Assembly (NCBI GenBank): GCA_963715195.1
Contig: CAVQRT010000031.1
Coordinates: 192,001 to 256,000 of the forward strand
Origin: Thermodesulfovibrionales bacterium
Lineage (GTDB): Bacteria > Nitrospirota > Thermodesulfovibrionia > Thermodesulfovibrionales > SM23-35
Length of the DNA: 64,000 bases
Direction of reading: 5' to 3'
Part shown: piece by piece, positions 1 to 10,059 of the stretch
Position numbering within the stretch: the first letter of the stretch is position 1
How the letters are laid out: each line of letters begins with the position of its first letter
The notes under the pieces: model-generated
What the model was told of the DNA's origin: nothing
Seen by the model: the letters and a program-made list of their open reading frames with translations, nothing else
Database searches by the model: none
Translations under genes and position numbers: made by a program

Positions 1-88
1 GGCACCTGCGCAAAGCACCAGCGGGAACTATCTGAGTCGATTAAGCGGGCAAGGAGTATTGCTCTTCTTGGTTTCGCAGAAAAGTAGG

Positions 89-370
89 ATGAGGATCCCG
101 AAAACTTGGGTTCCTCTCCTCGCAAAAAGAATTACAGACAATATCCTGTCAAAAAACTTCGCTTCAACAACCATCCCACGGGAAACCCTGATTACCGAGA
201 CGGAGGGAATCCTGCTCGATGAGCTTACCGTTGAGGACAGACTCAATGAGGAAGTTCGGGAAATACTGAAGACCCATGCTGCTGAAATAGAGAAGGGAAG
301 GTTGGATTACCGAAGGCTCTTTGAACTTACCAAACAGAAACTGGTGCGGGAAAGGAACATCGTCCTGTGA
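89..370 (+). CDS. DUF507 family protein
   Basis: MRIPKTWV...VEDRLNEEVREILK...YRRLFELTKQKLVRER pattern; ATG at 89 preferred to the ORF-track TTG at 59; tandem with a paralog. Confidence 0.75.
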   Translation: MRIPKTWVPLLAKRITDNILSKNFASTTIPRETLITETEGILLDELTVEDRLNEEVREILKTHAAEIEKGRLDYRRLFELTKQKLVRERNIVL

Positions 371-651
371 TGCTGTCGGAAGATAAGATTTCCCACCTCA
401 GTCACGTCCTGCTGAAGGGACTGATGGGTAAAGGCATCATTTCCATTACCGGGGAAGAAGGAAAGGTCCGGGCGGAGATCAAAAGAACCATCGTATCAGA
501 ATTAAAGGTAGGGGAGGAAATGGACTTCGCCGTTCGGAAAAAAATTCAGTCGTTTTCCAAGAAGGTTGTCGAAGGAAGCCCTGAATGGGACATCCTGTAC
601 AAGAAATTCTTCAGGGAAGAGGAAGTAAAAAGAGGCAGGCTCCCAGCATAA
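367..651 (+). CDS. DUF507 family protein (second paralog)
   Basis: MLSEDKISHLSH...VRKKIQSFSKKVVEGSPEWDILYKKFFREE motif; overlaps stop of previous gene. Confidence 0.75.
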   Translation: MMLSEDKISHLSHVLLKGLMGKGIISITGEEGKVRAEIKRTIVSELKVGEEMDFAVRKKIQSFSKKVVEGSPEWDILYKKFFREEEVKRGRLPA

Positions 652-746
652 GAGCAAAGTTTATAACCACCTTCCAATAGTTAGCACATCTTTACGCAAA
701 ACTTACAGCTGTTTCTTCCACTAGTCGGTATCCCGTTCAACTTCAC

Positions 747-776
747 TTGACACAACCGCCTGTGAATTGGTAAATT
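747..776 (+). promoter_or_regulatory. sigma70 promoter of hrcA-dnaK operon
   Basis: TTGACA (747-752), 18 nt, TGn-TAAATT (771-776), directly upstream of CIRCE. Confidence 0.7.
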
Positions 777-777
777 A

Positions 778-804
778 TTAGCACTTAAACATTGAGAGTG
801 CTAA
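778..804 (+). promoter_or_regulatory. CIRCE element (HrcA operator)
   Basis: TTAGCACTT-N9-GAGTGCTAA, one mismatch to TTAGCACTC-N9-GAGTGCTAA, 2 nt before the hrcA ATG. Confidence 0.95.
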
Positions 805-806
805 AT

Positions 807-1847
807 ATGCAAATATTAAGCGAAAGAAGCAGTAAAATCCTTTATGCTGTGGTTCAGAGCTATATCAATTACCTTGATCCGGTAGGATCAAGGGTCGTAA
901 CGAAAAGATATTCCTTCGGTCTTTCACCGGCAACGATCAGAAATATCATGGCTGACCTTGAAGAAATGGGTTTTCTCAAGCAGCCACACACTTCAGCCGG
1001 GAGGGTTCCCACTGACCTTGGCTACAGGTTCTATGTTGATTCCCTGGTAAAAGAAAGCGATCTGAACTCCAACATAGAAATCGAGATTCTTCAGGGACTT
1101 TACAGGAGGCTCGAAATATTGAAAAACAACATAGAGTTATTATTGAGTGAGACGACGAAAAGCCTCTCAATGTTATCTCATTATCTCGGAATTGCAATGT
1201 CCCCAACTCCTGACATGACGACGCTCAGAAAAATAAATCTTCTGAAGTACAATACTGACAAAGTGGCTGTGGTACTCTTTACGGATGAAGGCCTGATAAA
1301 GAACAAAGTCATCCCGATCGACCCTGAAATATCCCAGAAAGATCTCAACAGAATCGCAACATATCTGAATTCCGAATTCTCGGGATACACGTTTGATGAG
1401 ATCAGAATAAAAATTCTGAAAGAGATGTCGAGAGAAAAAATACGGTGCGATCATCTGATTTCGAAAGCGATGAGAATATGCAGGGAAGCACTCTGCTTTC
1501 CCCTGAATGAGCTCTTTATATCTGGATTCTCAGAGGTGCTTGCGTTGCCGGATTTTACGGATCTGAAGGTAATCCGGGAGCTTTCGAAAGCGGTTGAGGA
1601 TAAGCACAACATTATCAAGATACTCGATAAGCTGTCTGAAACGGAGGGTGTGCAGGTTGTCATAGGTTCTGAGAATGAACCGTTTGAAATGAAGAAGCTG
1701 AGTCTCGTTGCCTCGCCATGTATGGAAGGCGACCGTCCGGTCGGTGTTGTCGGTATTATCGGACCGACGAGGATGAACTACGCGAAAGCGATCTATATCG
1801 TAGAGAATACTGCAAAATTTATTTCCACGATGATTACGAGAAGGTAG
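807..1847 (+). CDS. hrcA: Heat-inducible transcription repressor HrcA
   Basis: PVGSR, SPATIRNIMADLEEMGFLKQPHTSAGRVPT and GIIGPTRMNY motifs; ATG at 807. Confidence 0.97.
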   Translation: MQILSERSSKILYAVVQSYINYLDPVGSRVVTKRYSFGLSPATIRNIMADLEEMGFLKQPHTSAGRVPTDLGYRFYVDSLVKESDLNSNIEIEILQGLYRRLEILKNNIELLLSETTKSLSMLSHYLGIAMSPTPDMTTLRKINLLKYNTDKVAVVLFTDEGLIKNKVIPIDPEISQKDLNRIATYLNSEFSGYTFDEIRIKILKEMSREKIRCDHLISKAMRICREALCFPLNELFISGFSEVLALPDFTDLKVIRELSKAVEDKHNIIKILDKLSETEGVQVVIGSENEPFEMKKLSLVASPCMEGDRPVGVVGIIGPTRMNYAKAIYIVENTAKFISTMITRR

Positions 1848-1851
1848 CGCG

Positions 1852-2442
1852 GTGAACGAAGACCCGGCCAATGAGGAAAATCCTGTGATGAATGAAGAGC
1901 TGACCGGAGCCCAGGAACCCGAGCACTCAGAAGCAGCGTCTGTTGATGAGACCGAACGACTCACTGCAGAATTGCAGGAAGCCAATGACAAATATCTGCG
2001 TCTCTATGCTGAATTTGAGAATTTTAAAAAAAGGGTTAGCAGAGACAAGGAAGAACTCATCAAGTACGGCAATGAACAGCTCATCGCTGAGCTGCTCCCG
2101 GTGATTGATCACCTTGAAATGGCTCTGGACCATGCTTCGAACGACGTTGCATCAGGGCTTGTTCAGGGGGTTGAGATAACCCTCAGGGAACTGAAAAAGA
2201 CGCTCCGGAAATTCGGGCTTACAGAGATAGAAGCTGAAGGGAAATCTTTTGATCCCTTGATACACCATGCAATGGCCCAGGTTGAGCGGGATGATGTTGA
2301 CGAGAATATGGTTGTGGAAGAATACCGGAAAGGATATATGTTGAATGACAAGGTAATACGGGCAGCGATGGTTGCCGTATCAAAGAAGCCGGCAGAAGAA
2401 GACATCAAGGAAAAAGAGATACATATAAAAGAGGAGGAATGA
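1852..2442 (+). CDS. grpE: Nucleotide exchange factor GrpE
   Basis: [40 protein letters not shown]; position between hrcA and dnaK. Confidence 0.97.
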   Translation: MNEDPANEENPVMNEELTGAQEPEHSEAASVDETERLTAELQEANDKYLRLYAEFENFKKRVSRDKEELIKYGNEQLIAELLPVIDHLEMALDHASNDVASGLVQGVEITLRELKKTLRKFGLTEIEAEGKSFDPLIHHAMAQVERDDVDENMVVEEYRKGYMLNDKVIRAAMVAVSKKPAEEDIKEKEIHIKEEE

Positions 2443-2446
2443 TACT

Positions 2447-4375
2447 ATGGGCAAGGCAGTAGGAATAGATCTCGGAACCACAAATTCTGTCGTAGCGGTT
2501 GTCCAGGCCGGAGATCCCGTGGTTATTGCTAATCAGGAAGGGACAAGGACAACGCCATCTGTTGTAGCCGTAACAGAAAAAGGCGAAAGACTCGTTGGAC
2601 AGATTGCGAAGCGGCAGTCGATAACGAATCCGGAAAACACGATCTTTTCGATTAAGAGACTTATGGGCAGAAAATACAATTCATCCGAGGTTGAACATGC
2701 GCTGAAAAGACTCCCGTACAAAATTGTTGAGGCATCCAATGGTGATGCCCATGTCGAGATCAGGGGAAAGCGCTATTCACCTCCTGAGATTTCTGCAATG
2801 ATTCTGCAGAAACTAAAACAAGCAGCCGAGGACTATCTTGGAGAACCGGTTACCGAAGCGGTTATTACCGTCCCTGCATATTTCGACGACAGTCAGCGGC
2901 AAGCTACGAAGGATGCCGGGAGAATCGCCGGACTGAATGTCCTCAGAATCATCAATGAACCGACAGCTGCGGCACTGGCTTATGGCATGGACAAAAAGAA
3001 AGAAGAAAAGATCGGTGTTTATGACCTCGGAGGCGGAACATTCGACATCTCCATTCTCGAAATCGGGGAAGGTGTCATCGAGGTAAAATCAACAAACGGA
3101 AACACCTATCTGGGCGGTGATGATTTTGACCTCAGGATCATGGACTGGCTTGTGGAAGAATTCAGAAAAGACCAGGGCATCGATCTCAAGAATGACCGGA
3201 TGGCATTGCAAAGATTAAAGGAGGCTGCAGAGAAGGCAAAGATTGAACTTTCGACTGCAACGGAGACGGAAATCAATCTTCCTTTCGTAACGGCTGATGC
3301 TACTGGGCCGAAACACCTGCTCATGAAATTGTCAAGAGCCAAGCTTGAACAACTTGTCGGCGACCTTATTGACGGAACCACCAGCCCCTGCAAAAATGCC
3401 CTTACCGATGCGAATCTCTCTGCATCGAATATCGATGAAATTCTTCTCGTTGGCGGACAAACAAGAACGCCCAAAGTTCAGCAGGTTGTCCAGAGTTTTT
3501 TTGGGAGAGAGCCCAACAAGACGGTGAATCCCGACGAGGTTGTAGCAGTGGGAGCGGCAATCCAGGCTGCTGTTCTCAAGGGAGATGTCAAGGAAGTCCT
3601 GCTCCTCGATGTCACGCCGCTGTCTCTCGGAATCGAGACACTGGGCGGTATCTTCACAAAGATCATCGAGAGAAACACAACAATACCGACAAAGAAAAGT
3701 CAGGTATTTTCGACTGCGACGGATAATCAGCCGGCCGTTTCGATTAAGGTATGTCAGGGTGAACGGGAGATGGCTGCTGACAACAAACTCCTCGGCAATT
3801 TCGAACTCATCGGTATACCGCCTGCACCGCGGGGTATACCCCAAGTTGAGGTCACTTTCGATATCGACGCAAACGGAATACTTCATGTCTCTGCCAAAGA
3901 CCTCGGAACCGGAAAAGAGCAGTCCATTAGGATTACCGCGTCGAGCGGGCTGACCGAGGAAGAGATCAAGAAAGTAAAGCGGGATGCGGAAGCGCATTCG
4001 GATGATGACAAAAGGAAGAAGCAGCTTGCAGAGGCAAAAAATGAAGCCGATACCCTCGTCTACACCGTCGAGAAATCTCTCAAGGAATACGGGGACAAGG
4101 TTACTGAGGCAGAAAAGAAAGAGATTGAAGAGGCGCTGGGAAAATGCAGGCAGGCAAAAGATACCAGCAGTGAAGCATCAGAAATAAAGTCAGCAACAGA
4201 GGATCTGATGACGAAATCACATAAACTGGCGGAGCACATGTATAAAGCAGGGGGCGCTCAGGCAGGTCCGGAGGCCGGACCATCGGAAGCATCCGGTGGT
4301 GCAGGAGCCAAGGGGCCTGAAGAAGAGGTTGTGGAAGCTGAATTCGAAGACGTCGAGAAAGACAAGAATAAGTAG
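2447..4375 (+). CDS. dnaK: Chaperone DnaK (Hsp70)
   Basis: [32 protein letters not shown] Hsp70 signatures. Confidence 0.99.
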   Translation: MGKAVGIDLGTTNSVVAVVQAGDPVVIANQEGTRTTPSVVAVTEKGERLVGQIAKRQSITNPENTIFSIKRLMGRKYNSSEVEHALKRLPYKIVEASNGDAHVEIRGKRYSPPEISAMILQKLKQAAEDYLGEPVTEAVITVPAYFDDSQRQATKDAGRIAGLNVLRIINEPTAAALAYGMDKKKEEKIGVYDLGGGTFDISILEIGEGVIEVKSTNGNTYLGGDDFDLRIMDWLVEEFRKDQGIDLKNDRMALQRLKEAAEKAKIELSTATETEINLPFVTADATGPKHLLMKLSRAKLEQLVGDLIDGTTSPCKNALTDANLSASNIDEILLVGGQTRTPKVQQVVQSFFGREPNKTVNPDEVVAVGAAIQAAVLKGDVKEVLLLDVTPLSLGIETLGGIFTKIIERNTTIPTKKSQVFSTATDNQPAVSIKVCQGEREMAADNKLLGNFELIGIPPAPRGIPQVEVTFDIDANGILHVSAKDLGTGKEQSIRITASSGLTEEEIKKVKRDAEAHSDDDKRKKQLAEAKNEADTLVYTVEKSLKEYGDKVTEAEKKEIEEALGKCRQAKDTSSEASEIKSATEDLMTKSHKLAEHMYKAGGAQAGPEAGPSEASGGAGAKGPEEEVVEAEFEDVEKDKNK

Positions 4376-4416
4376 TAAGCAGCAAACGAGTATAGGCAGT
4401 AGGTAAGAAGCTGAAA

Positions 4417-4455
4417 GGGACTGCATCGGCAAGTCGATGCAGTCCCGCTTTATTT
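4417..4455 (+). terminator. Intrinsic terminator/stabilising hairpin after dnaK
   Basis: GGGACTGCATCG...CGATGCAGTCCC 12-bp stem followed by GCTTTATTT. Confidence 0.75.
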
Positions 4456-4491
4456 ACGTTCAATCCATTATAATATACACTCGAATTGCAT

Positions 4492-5586
4492 ATGAGAGAC
4501 TATTACGAAACACTGGGTATACCTCGCGATGCATCTGAAGTCGATATCAAAAAGGCATTCCGGCAGCTCGCGATGAAATATCATCCTGACAGAAATCCTG
4601 ACAACAAGGAATCGGAGGATTCTTTCAAGGAAATAAACGAGGCTTACTCATGCCTGATTGATCCTCAGAAAAGAGCACACTACGACAGATTCGGAAGTGC
4701 CGAAGGCCTGGGAGCAGGGTACAGTCCGTTCGGCACCGGGTTTGGTGACATCTTCGACGATATTTTTGGAGATTTCTTCGGGACATTCACAGGACGAAAA
4801 CCGAGGCCTGCAAAAGGCAATGACCTGAGATATGATCTTGAGATAACGCTCATGGAAGCTGCCTTTGGCACCGAAAAGGTGATCGAGATCCCCCGGTGGG
4901 AATTCTGCAGCAATTGCAATGGATCCGGTTCCGCCCCTGGAAAGACACCATCTGCGTGTCCAAACTGCAAGGGAGCAGGGCAAATACGGATCCAGCAGGG
5001 ATTCTTCAGTATTTCCAGAACCTGTGACCGGTGCGGGGGTGCCGGCAGGATCATCACGGATCCCTGCAAGGCATGCAAGGGTCAGGGGAGGATGCGGACC
5101 TTTAAGAGCATTTCGGTGAAGATGCCGGGTGGTGTGGATACCGGCTCAAGGCTCCGCATGTCCGGTGAAGGAGAGTTGGGAGTCCACGGTGGTCCGCGTG
5201 GTGATTTATATATTTATCTCAATGTAGAGGAGCATTCGTTTTTCAAGAGAGACGGAAACAACCTGTTCTGTGAAGTGCCTGTTTCTTTTCCCCAGGCAGC
5301 GTTGGGTTCAGAAATCGAAGTTCCCACGATCGACGGGACTCATAAGATCAAAGTCCCTGCCGGAACTCCTTCAGGCAGGATTTTCCATATCAAGGGGAAG
5401 GGTGTTCAGAAACTCGGCGGAAGCCACAGGGGCGACCAGGTTGTCAGGGTCTACGTGGATGTCCCGAAAAACATAACACAGCGCCAGAGAGAATTGCTTG
5501 AGGAATTCGCCCAATTGACCGGTGATGAAGTCAACAAGTCCTTCAAGGAAAAAATCAAGGACCTTTTCACCGGTGCGGAAAAATGA
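4492..5586 (+). CDS. dnaJ: Chaperone DnaJ
   Basis: J-domain with HPD, G/F region, four CxxCxGxG repeats; ATG at 4492. Confidence 0.98.
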   Translation: MRDYYETLGIPRDASEVDIKKAFRQLAMKYHPDRNPDNKESEDSFKEINEAYSCLIDPQKRAHYDRFGSAEGLGAGYSPFGTGFGDIFDDIFGDFFGTFTGRKPRPAKGNDLRYDLEITLMEAAFGTEKVIEIPRWEFCSNCNGSGSAPGKTPSACPNCKGAGQIRIQQGFFSISRTCDRCGGAGRIITDPCKACKGQGRMRTFKSISVKMPGGVDTGSRLRMSGEGELGVHGGPRGDLYIYLNVEEHSFFKRDGNNLFCEVPVSFPQAALGSEIEVPTIDGTHKIKVPAGTPSGRIFHIKGKGVQKLGGSHRGDQVVRVYVDVPKNITQRQRELLEEFAQLTGDEVNKSFKEKIKDLFTGAEK

Positions 5587-5614
5587 AAAAAACAGGGACC
5601 CTTTGTAATCTGCC

Positions 5615-6376
5615 GTGGTAAGACTTTTCCTGCCGTCAGCCCGTCTGACAGATGAGAAGCTGTCCATCACGGATGAAAAAGCACATTATCTTTTGTCTGT
5701 CCTCAGATGCCGGGAGGGGGATAACTTCATTATCTTTGACGGAAGGGGCACCTGTTTTCTGGCAGTTATCAGAGAAACCCGGAAGCGGGAAGTTACTGCA
5801 GAGGTTATTGAAACATTCCCCTGCGATCTTGAATCCCCTCTGCACAGCATTCTTGTGCAGGGTATCCTCAAAGGAGAAAAAATGGATATGGTCATCCAAA
5901 AAACCACCGAACTCGGAATCAGCGAAATCGTTCCTGCAGCCACGGAGAGAAGCCAGTTGCGAGATACCAGACGGGTGAAGAGGTGGGAAAAAATAGCTGA
6001 AGAGGCTGCAAGACAGTCAGGAAGAAGCGTGGTCCCCGTTATCCGCGAGCCGGTTGATCTGAGGAATTATTTTACCTCTTCGTTTTCCCATTCGAAGCTT
6101 CAGGGGTTCATATTCTATGAAGAAGGAGGCATGCGACTCTCAGAAGCAGTCAAGGTATTTCCAACGAAAGGAAGGAATACTTCCTCGCCCCTGGTGGAAG
6201 AGGGGGGATTCTTAATCCTGGTAGGGCCCGAAGGCGGTTTTACCAAAGAAGAGGTAATTTGTGCTCAAGAAAGAGGTCTCAGCGTTGTTTCGCTCGGTAA
6301 AAGGGTTCTCAGGGCCGAGACGGCAGCTATTTCTGCAGTAACCCTTGTTCAGTATCTTTTCGGTGATATGGGTTAA
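5615..6376 (+). CDS. rsmE: 16S rRNA m3U1498 methyltransferase RsmE
   Basis: HYLLSVLR, IQKTTELG, EAARQSGR, VGPEGGF, LGKRVLRAETA motifs. Confidence 0.95.
   Translation: MVRLFLPSARLTDEKLSITDEKAHYLLSVLRCREGDNFIIFDGRGTCFLAVIRETRKREVTAEVIETFPCDLESPLHSILVQGILKGEKMDMVIQKTTELGISEIVPAATERSQLRDTRRVKRWEKIAEEAARQSGRSVVPVIREPVDLRNYFTSSFSHSKLQGFIFYEEGGMRLSEAVKVFPTKGRNTSSPLVEEGGFLILVGPEGGFTKEEVICAQERGLSVVSLGKRVLRAETAAISAVTLVQYLFGDMG
6183..6207. repeat. Palindromic repeat family B (CCTCTCCC...GGGAGAGG type), truncated copy inside rsmE
   Basis: CCTCGCCCCTGGTGGAAGAGGGGGG resembles the reverse complement of 9931-9966. Confidence 0.6.
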
Positions 6377-6534
6377 TCTTTTTCCCGAATGGATGTAATC
6401 CTCTCTACAGGGATCACAACCCATCCTGTTTCTGATTCAAGATGGACTTCCTCTTCACCCACCTCGATGAGTTTCCCTGTATACATCGTCTCCACAGTTT
6501 CAACAGTCACAAGCCTCCCGATGAGTTCTATCAT
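6373..6534 (-). CDS. Small hypothetical protein, Sm/LSm-like beta-fold pattern
   Basis: MIELIGRLVTVETVETMYTGKLIEVGEEEVHLESETGWVVIPVERITSIREKD; GAGGTG RBS before ATG 6534. Confidence 0.6.
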   Translation of the reverse strand: MIELIGRLVTVETVETMYTGKLIEVGEEEVHLESETGWVVIPVERITSIREKD

Positions 6535-6604
6535 ACCGGCCACCTCACTGCCAGACAATAACGCGGGGAAATTGTTCTCTTGTTCATCTCCTTATGCTTT
6601 CCAT

Positions 6605-8269
6605 TTACTGGAGGGTATACCGGGGCCCGCCTCCGCCCTCCGGCAGGTTCCAGATGATGTTTTCAAACGGACATTTGAGATCGCAGGTTTTGCAGTGGAG
6701 ACAATTGCTGAAATTCACCCGTATCGCATCATGTTCCAGTTCATAGACCCCGGCAGGGCAGAATACGGTGCAGGGCGCTCTATAATCGGCAATACACGTT
6801 TTGCATACTGATTCATCTTTTAACAGGATGTGGCTTTTCTGTTTTTCGTCATGTGTTGTGCCGGAGAAATAGACGTCAGTTAATTTGCTCACAACAATCC
6901 TGTCATCTGCCCGCGGCAATGCTTCAGGTGACCTATTGCCGTAAAAATGTTTCATATCTCTGGTCGTCGAATAATCAGGTTTTGTTTTCAGATCACCGAT
7001 GGGTGTAGAGCCACCGGCAAGAATCTGGAATCCAAGCAGGGGCCCCCCCGGAAACGGAATTCCCATTGCAACTGCGGGGGTGAAGTTGCGGCTTTCCCTG
7101 AGATCCGAGTATATCCAGCTGTTTTTCAATTTTTCTTCGTATTTCGACAATTGGTGAGCCGAGAAATCGTTCGTCCTGAGTGCTTCAAAGAGGACTTCAG
7201 CCGCGAGCATGCCCGATTTTATCGCTGTATGAAGCCCTTTGAGCTTTCGGGAATCGACAAGGTTTGCGGAGTCTCCGGTTATCATCACTCCCTCGGAAGT
7301 GAGTTTCGGTATTGAGAAATACCCACCGCAGGGCAGCGTACGTGCACCGTAATGAGTGGGCTTTCCGTCTTTGATAATGTTGAAAATAAACGGATGCTGC
7401 TTGTATTTTTGTAGTTCCTTGTGAGGATCGAACTGCGGATCTTCGGAACTGAGATGGGCGATAAGCCCAACGACAACCTGAGTTTCGGAAATGCAATACA
7501 TAAATCCACCGCCCGAAAGTCCTTTCCGGAAGGGATATCCAGAGGTATGGATACATTCCCCCTTTTTGAGCGGGTTGCTTTTGAGCTCGTAAATCTCTTT
7601 CACGCCGAGTTCATAGATGGAAGGCGCCTTGTTCTTATCAAGGTGTAGTTTTTCGGTGATGCTTTTGCGCAATGAGCCGTTGCTCCCCTCTCCCAGCACA
7701 ACGGCTTTTGATTTGAGAATATAACCGGGCGTTTCGTATTCCCCGTTTTCCAACAGACGCTTGTCGTCTGTCCTGACGCCGCTTACCCGATTTCCTTCGT
7801 ACAGTATTTCGACCGCTGCCGTCCCCTCAAGCATCATCACTTTGCTTTTTTCAGCAATTGAAGAGAGCCACTTGGTAAATTTGGAAAGCGACAGAAGATA
7901 ATTTCCGTGATTGGTCAGAAATTTCGGGGTAAAAGGTAATTTGAACTTCCCCTGTTCGGTCAAAAAATATAAAGCTTCGCCGGTCACCTCCGCGTCTATG
8001 GGGCAGCCGCGTTCCTTATGATCGGGCAAGAGTTCTGAAAGTGCATCCGGAATGAGCACTGCTCCGGAGATATTGTGCGCTCCGAAATACGCGCCTTTCT
8101 CAAGAACGGCAATTTTATCTTCGATGTCGATTTTCTCACCTTGGAGCTTTCCATTTTCAATATCTCCGTTGTATTTTTCTATGAGATTCATGAGATGAAT
8201 TGCGCTGCTCAAATTGGCAGGCCCCCCACCGACATAGATAACATCGAATTCTATTACTTCGCGTTCCAA
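6605..8269 (-). CDS. Electron transfer flavoprotein:quinone oxidoreductase (FixCX-like fusion)
   Basis: FAD motif VGGGPA, EKG...GAHNISGAV, KGLHTAIKSGMLAAE; C-terminal CPAGVY and CLHCKTCDLKCP Fe-S motifs; PEGGGGP. Confidence 0.92.
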   Translation of the reverse strand: MEREVIEFDVIYVGGGPANLSSAIHLMNLIEKYNGDIENGKLQGEKIDIEDKIAVLEKGAYFGAHNISGAVLIPDALSELLPDHKERGCPIDAEVTGEALYFLTEQGKFKLPFTPKFLTNHGNYLLSLSKFTKWLSSIAEKSKVMMLEGTAAVEILYEGNRVSGVRTDDKRLLENGEYETPGYILKSKAVVLGEGSNGSLRKSITEKLHLDKNKAPSIYELGVKEIYELKSNPLKKGECIHTSGYPFRKGLSGGGFMYCISETQVVVGLIAHLSSEDPQFDPHKELQKYKQHPFIFNIIKDGKPTHYGARTLPCGGYFSIPKLTSEGVMITGDSANLVDSRKLKGLHTAIKSGMLAAEVLFEALRTNDFSAHQLSKYEEKLKNSWIYSDLRESRNFTPAVAMGIPFPGGPLLGFQILAGGSTPIGDLKTKPDYSTTRDMKHFYGNRSPEALPRADDRIVVSKLTDVYFSGTTHDEKQKSHILLKDESVCKTCIADYRAPCTVFCPAGVYELEHDAIRVNFSNCLHCKTCDLKCPFENIIWNLPEGGGGPRYTLQ

Positions 8270-8407
8270 GCTGTTAAGCCCCTTATCTGTAAGGTAATCA
8301 TTGAGTCAGGCCGTTCAAGTGGGCCGATAGAAAATATGTACCATTATACAGAATTCACAGAATGATTGGTAACACGCACTCAAGGTGGCGATATTCCCAA
8401 GTATTCT

Positions 8408-8440
8408 GAGCGGGTTCAGGGTTTAAATCTGAACCCGCTC
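8408..8440 (-). terminator. Hairpin downstream of glnA
   Basis: GAGCGGGTTCAG/CTGAACCCGCTC 12-bp inverted repeat about 20 nt after the stop; no clear U-tract. Confidence 0.55.
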
Positions 8441-8461
8441 TCTCCTGCGAACGGTAAATTT

Positions 8462-9874
8462 TTAGATATCGTAGTACAGGAAAAACTCATACGGGTGCGG
8501 TCTGAGCCTCAGCGCATCCACCTCACGTGATCTTTTGTACCCCAGCCACATCTGGATCACATCCTCGGTAAACACATCTCCCTTTTTGAGGAAGTCGTGA
8601 TCTTTTTCGAGGGCGTCAAGGGCATCCTCCAGAGAACCCGGAAGGCTCGGAACGTTGGCCAGTTCCTCCGGTCCGAGTTCATAGATATCCTTGTCAAGCG
8701 GCTCACCCGGATCAATCTTGTTCTCTATACCGTCAAGTCCGGCCATGAGCATTGCGGAAAAAGCGAGGTACGGGTTACATGAGGGGTCAGGGAACCGAAC
8801 CTCAACCCTCTTTGCCTTCGGGCTTGGAGAATACATCGGGATTCGGATGGCTGCTGATCTGTTCCGGCTGGAATATGCGAGGTTGATTGGTGCCTCATAA
8901 CCCGGCACCAGTCTTTTATATGAATTCGTTGTTGGGGCGACGAATGCGGCGAGAGCAGCAGAATGTTTCAGGATGCCGCCGATATAATAGAGTGCAAGGT
9001 CTGAAAGCCCTGCATAACCGTTGCCGACAAAGAGAGGCTTGCCGCCTTTCCAGAGGCTCTGGTGGGTATGCATGCCTGATCCATTGTCACCGAAGAGCGG
9101 CTTTGGCATCAGGGTTACAGTCTTCCCGTGCCGAAGTGCTACGTTTTTAATAATATACTTGTACATTACCAGCTTGTCTGCCATATTGACTATAGGGGAA
9201 AATCTCATATCGATTTCACACTGGCCCCCAGTTGCTACCTCATGATGCTGGGCTTCGACGGTAATCCCTGCCTTTTCGAGTTCGAGCACCATTTCGGTGC
9301 GGATGTCCTGCAATTTGTCCATCGGCGGCACGGGGAAATAGCCTTCCTTGTGTCTCGGCTTGTAGGCGAGATTCGGGCCTTCCTCTCTCCCTGAGTTCCA
9401 GATACCTTCAATGGAATCAACAAAATAAAATGCACTGTTTGCAGTCTGGTCGAAACGCACATCATCAAAAATGAAAAACTCTGCTTCCGGGCCAAAATAT
9501 GCAGTGTCCGCTACCCGCGTAGATTTCATATAAGCTTCCGCCTTCTGAGCAACATACCGCGGGTCTCTTGAGTACGGCTCTTTGGTTATCGGGTCGACGA
9601 CATTACAAATGAGGCTGAGTGTCGGATGCTGGGTGAAGGGGTCCATGACTGCTGTTGACGGATCAGGGATCACCAGCATATCGCTCATATGGATCGCCTG
9701 CCATCCCCTGATGGAAGAACCGTCAAATCCAAGCCCGTTTTCAAACATGTCCTCTGAAAGTTCTTTGATAGGTACGGAAAAGTGCTGCCAGAGGCCCGGG
9801 AAATCCATAAACTTCAGATCAACCATTACTGCCTTGTTCTTCTTTGCGAGTTCCATTACTTCTTTTGTTGTCAT
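8462..9874 (-). CDS. glnA: Glutamine synthetase type I
   Basis: FDGSSI, HHEVA, MPKP...[24 protein letters not shown]; adenylylation-site Tyr in KDIYEL. Confidence 0.99.
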   Translation of the reverse strand: MTTKEVMELAKKNKAVMVDLKFMDFPGLWQHFSVPIKELSEDMFENGLGFDGSSIRGWQAIHMSDMLVIPDPSTAVMDPFTQHPTLSLICNVVDPITKEPYSRDPRYVAQKAEAYMKSTRVADTAYFGPEAEFFIFDDVRFDQTANSAFYFVDSIEGIWNSGREEGPNLAYKPRHKEGYFPVPPMDKLQDIRTEMVLELEKAGITVEAQHHEVATGGQCEIDMRFSPIVNMADKLVMYKYIIKNVALRHGKTVTLMPKPLFGDNGSGMHTHQSLWKGGKPLFVGNGYAGLSDLALYYIGGILKHSAALAAFVAPTTNSYKRLVPGYEAPINLAYSSRNRSAAIRIPMYSPSPKAKRVEVRFPDPSCNPYLAFSAMLMAGLDGIENKIDPGEPLDKDIYELGPEELANVPSLPGSLEDALDALEKDHDFLKKGDVFTEDVIQMWLGYKRSREVDALRLRPHPYEFFLYYDI

Positions 9875-9930
9875 ATGTTTTTCCTCCTTTGAATTATTCC
9901 TAAGATTTCAAATGTCGCTAACCCTTAATT

Positions 9931-9966
9931 CCCCCTCGCCCTTACCCTCTCCCACCAGGGGAGAGG
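9931..9966. repeat. Palindromic repeat family B
   Basis: CCCCCTCGCCCTTACCCTCTCCCACCAGGGGAGAGG hairpin in the amtB-glnA spacer. Confidence 0.7.
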
Positions 9967-10059
9967 TATTATCCTTCCCGATATCGAGAGAAGTGTAATG
10001 TCGCTCTCTTTTTGTGAGGGTAAAAAAAGATTCTGTCCATCACCTCCTGTAGAGAATAT

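Noticed and set aside
681..700. Second CIRCE (TTAGCACAT)
   Set aside because: Only a left half-site; no GAGTGCTAA at N9
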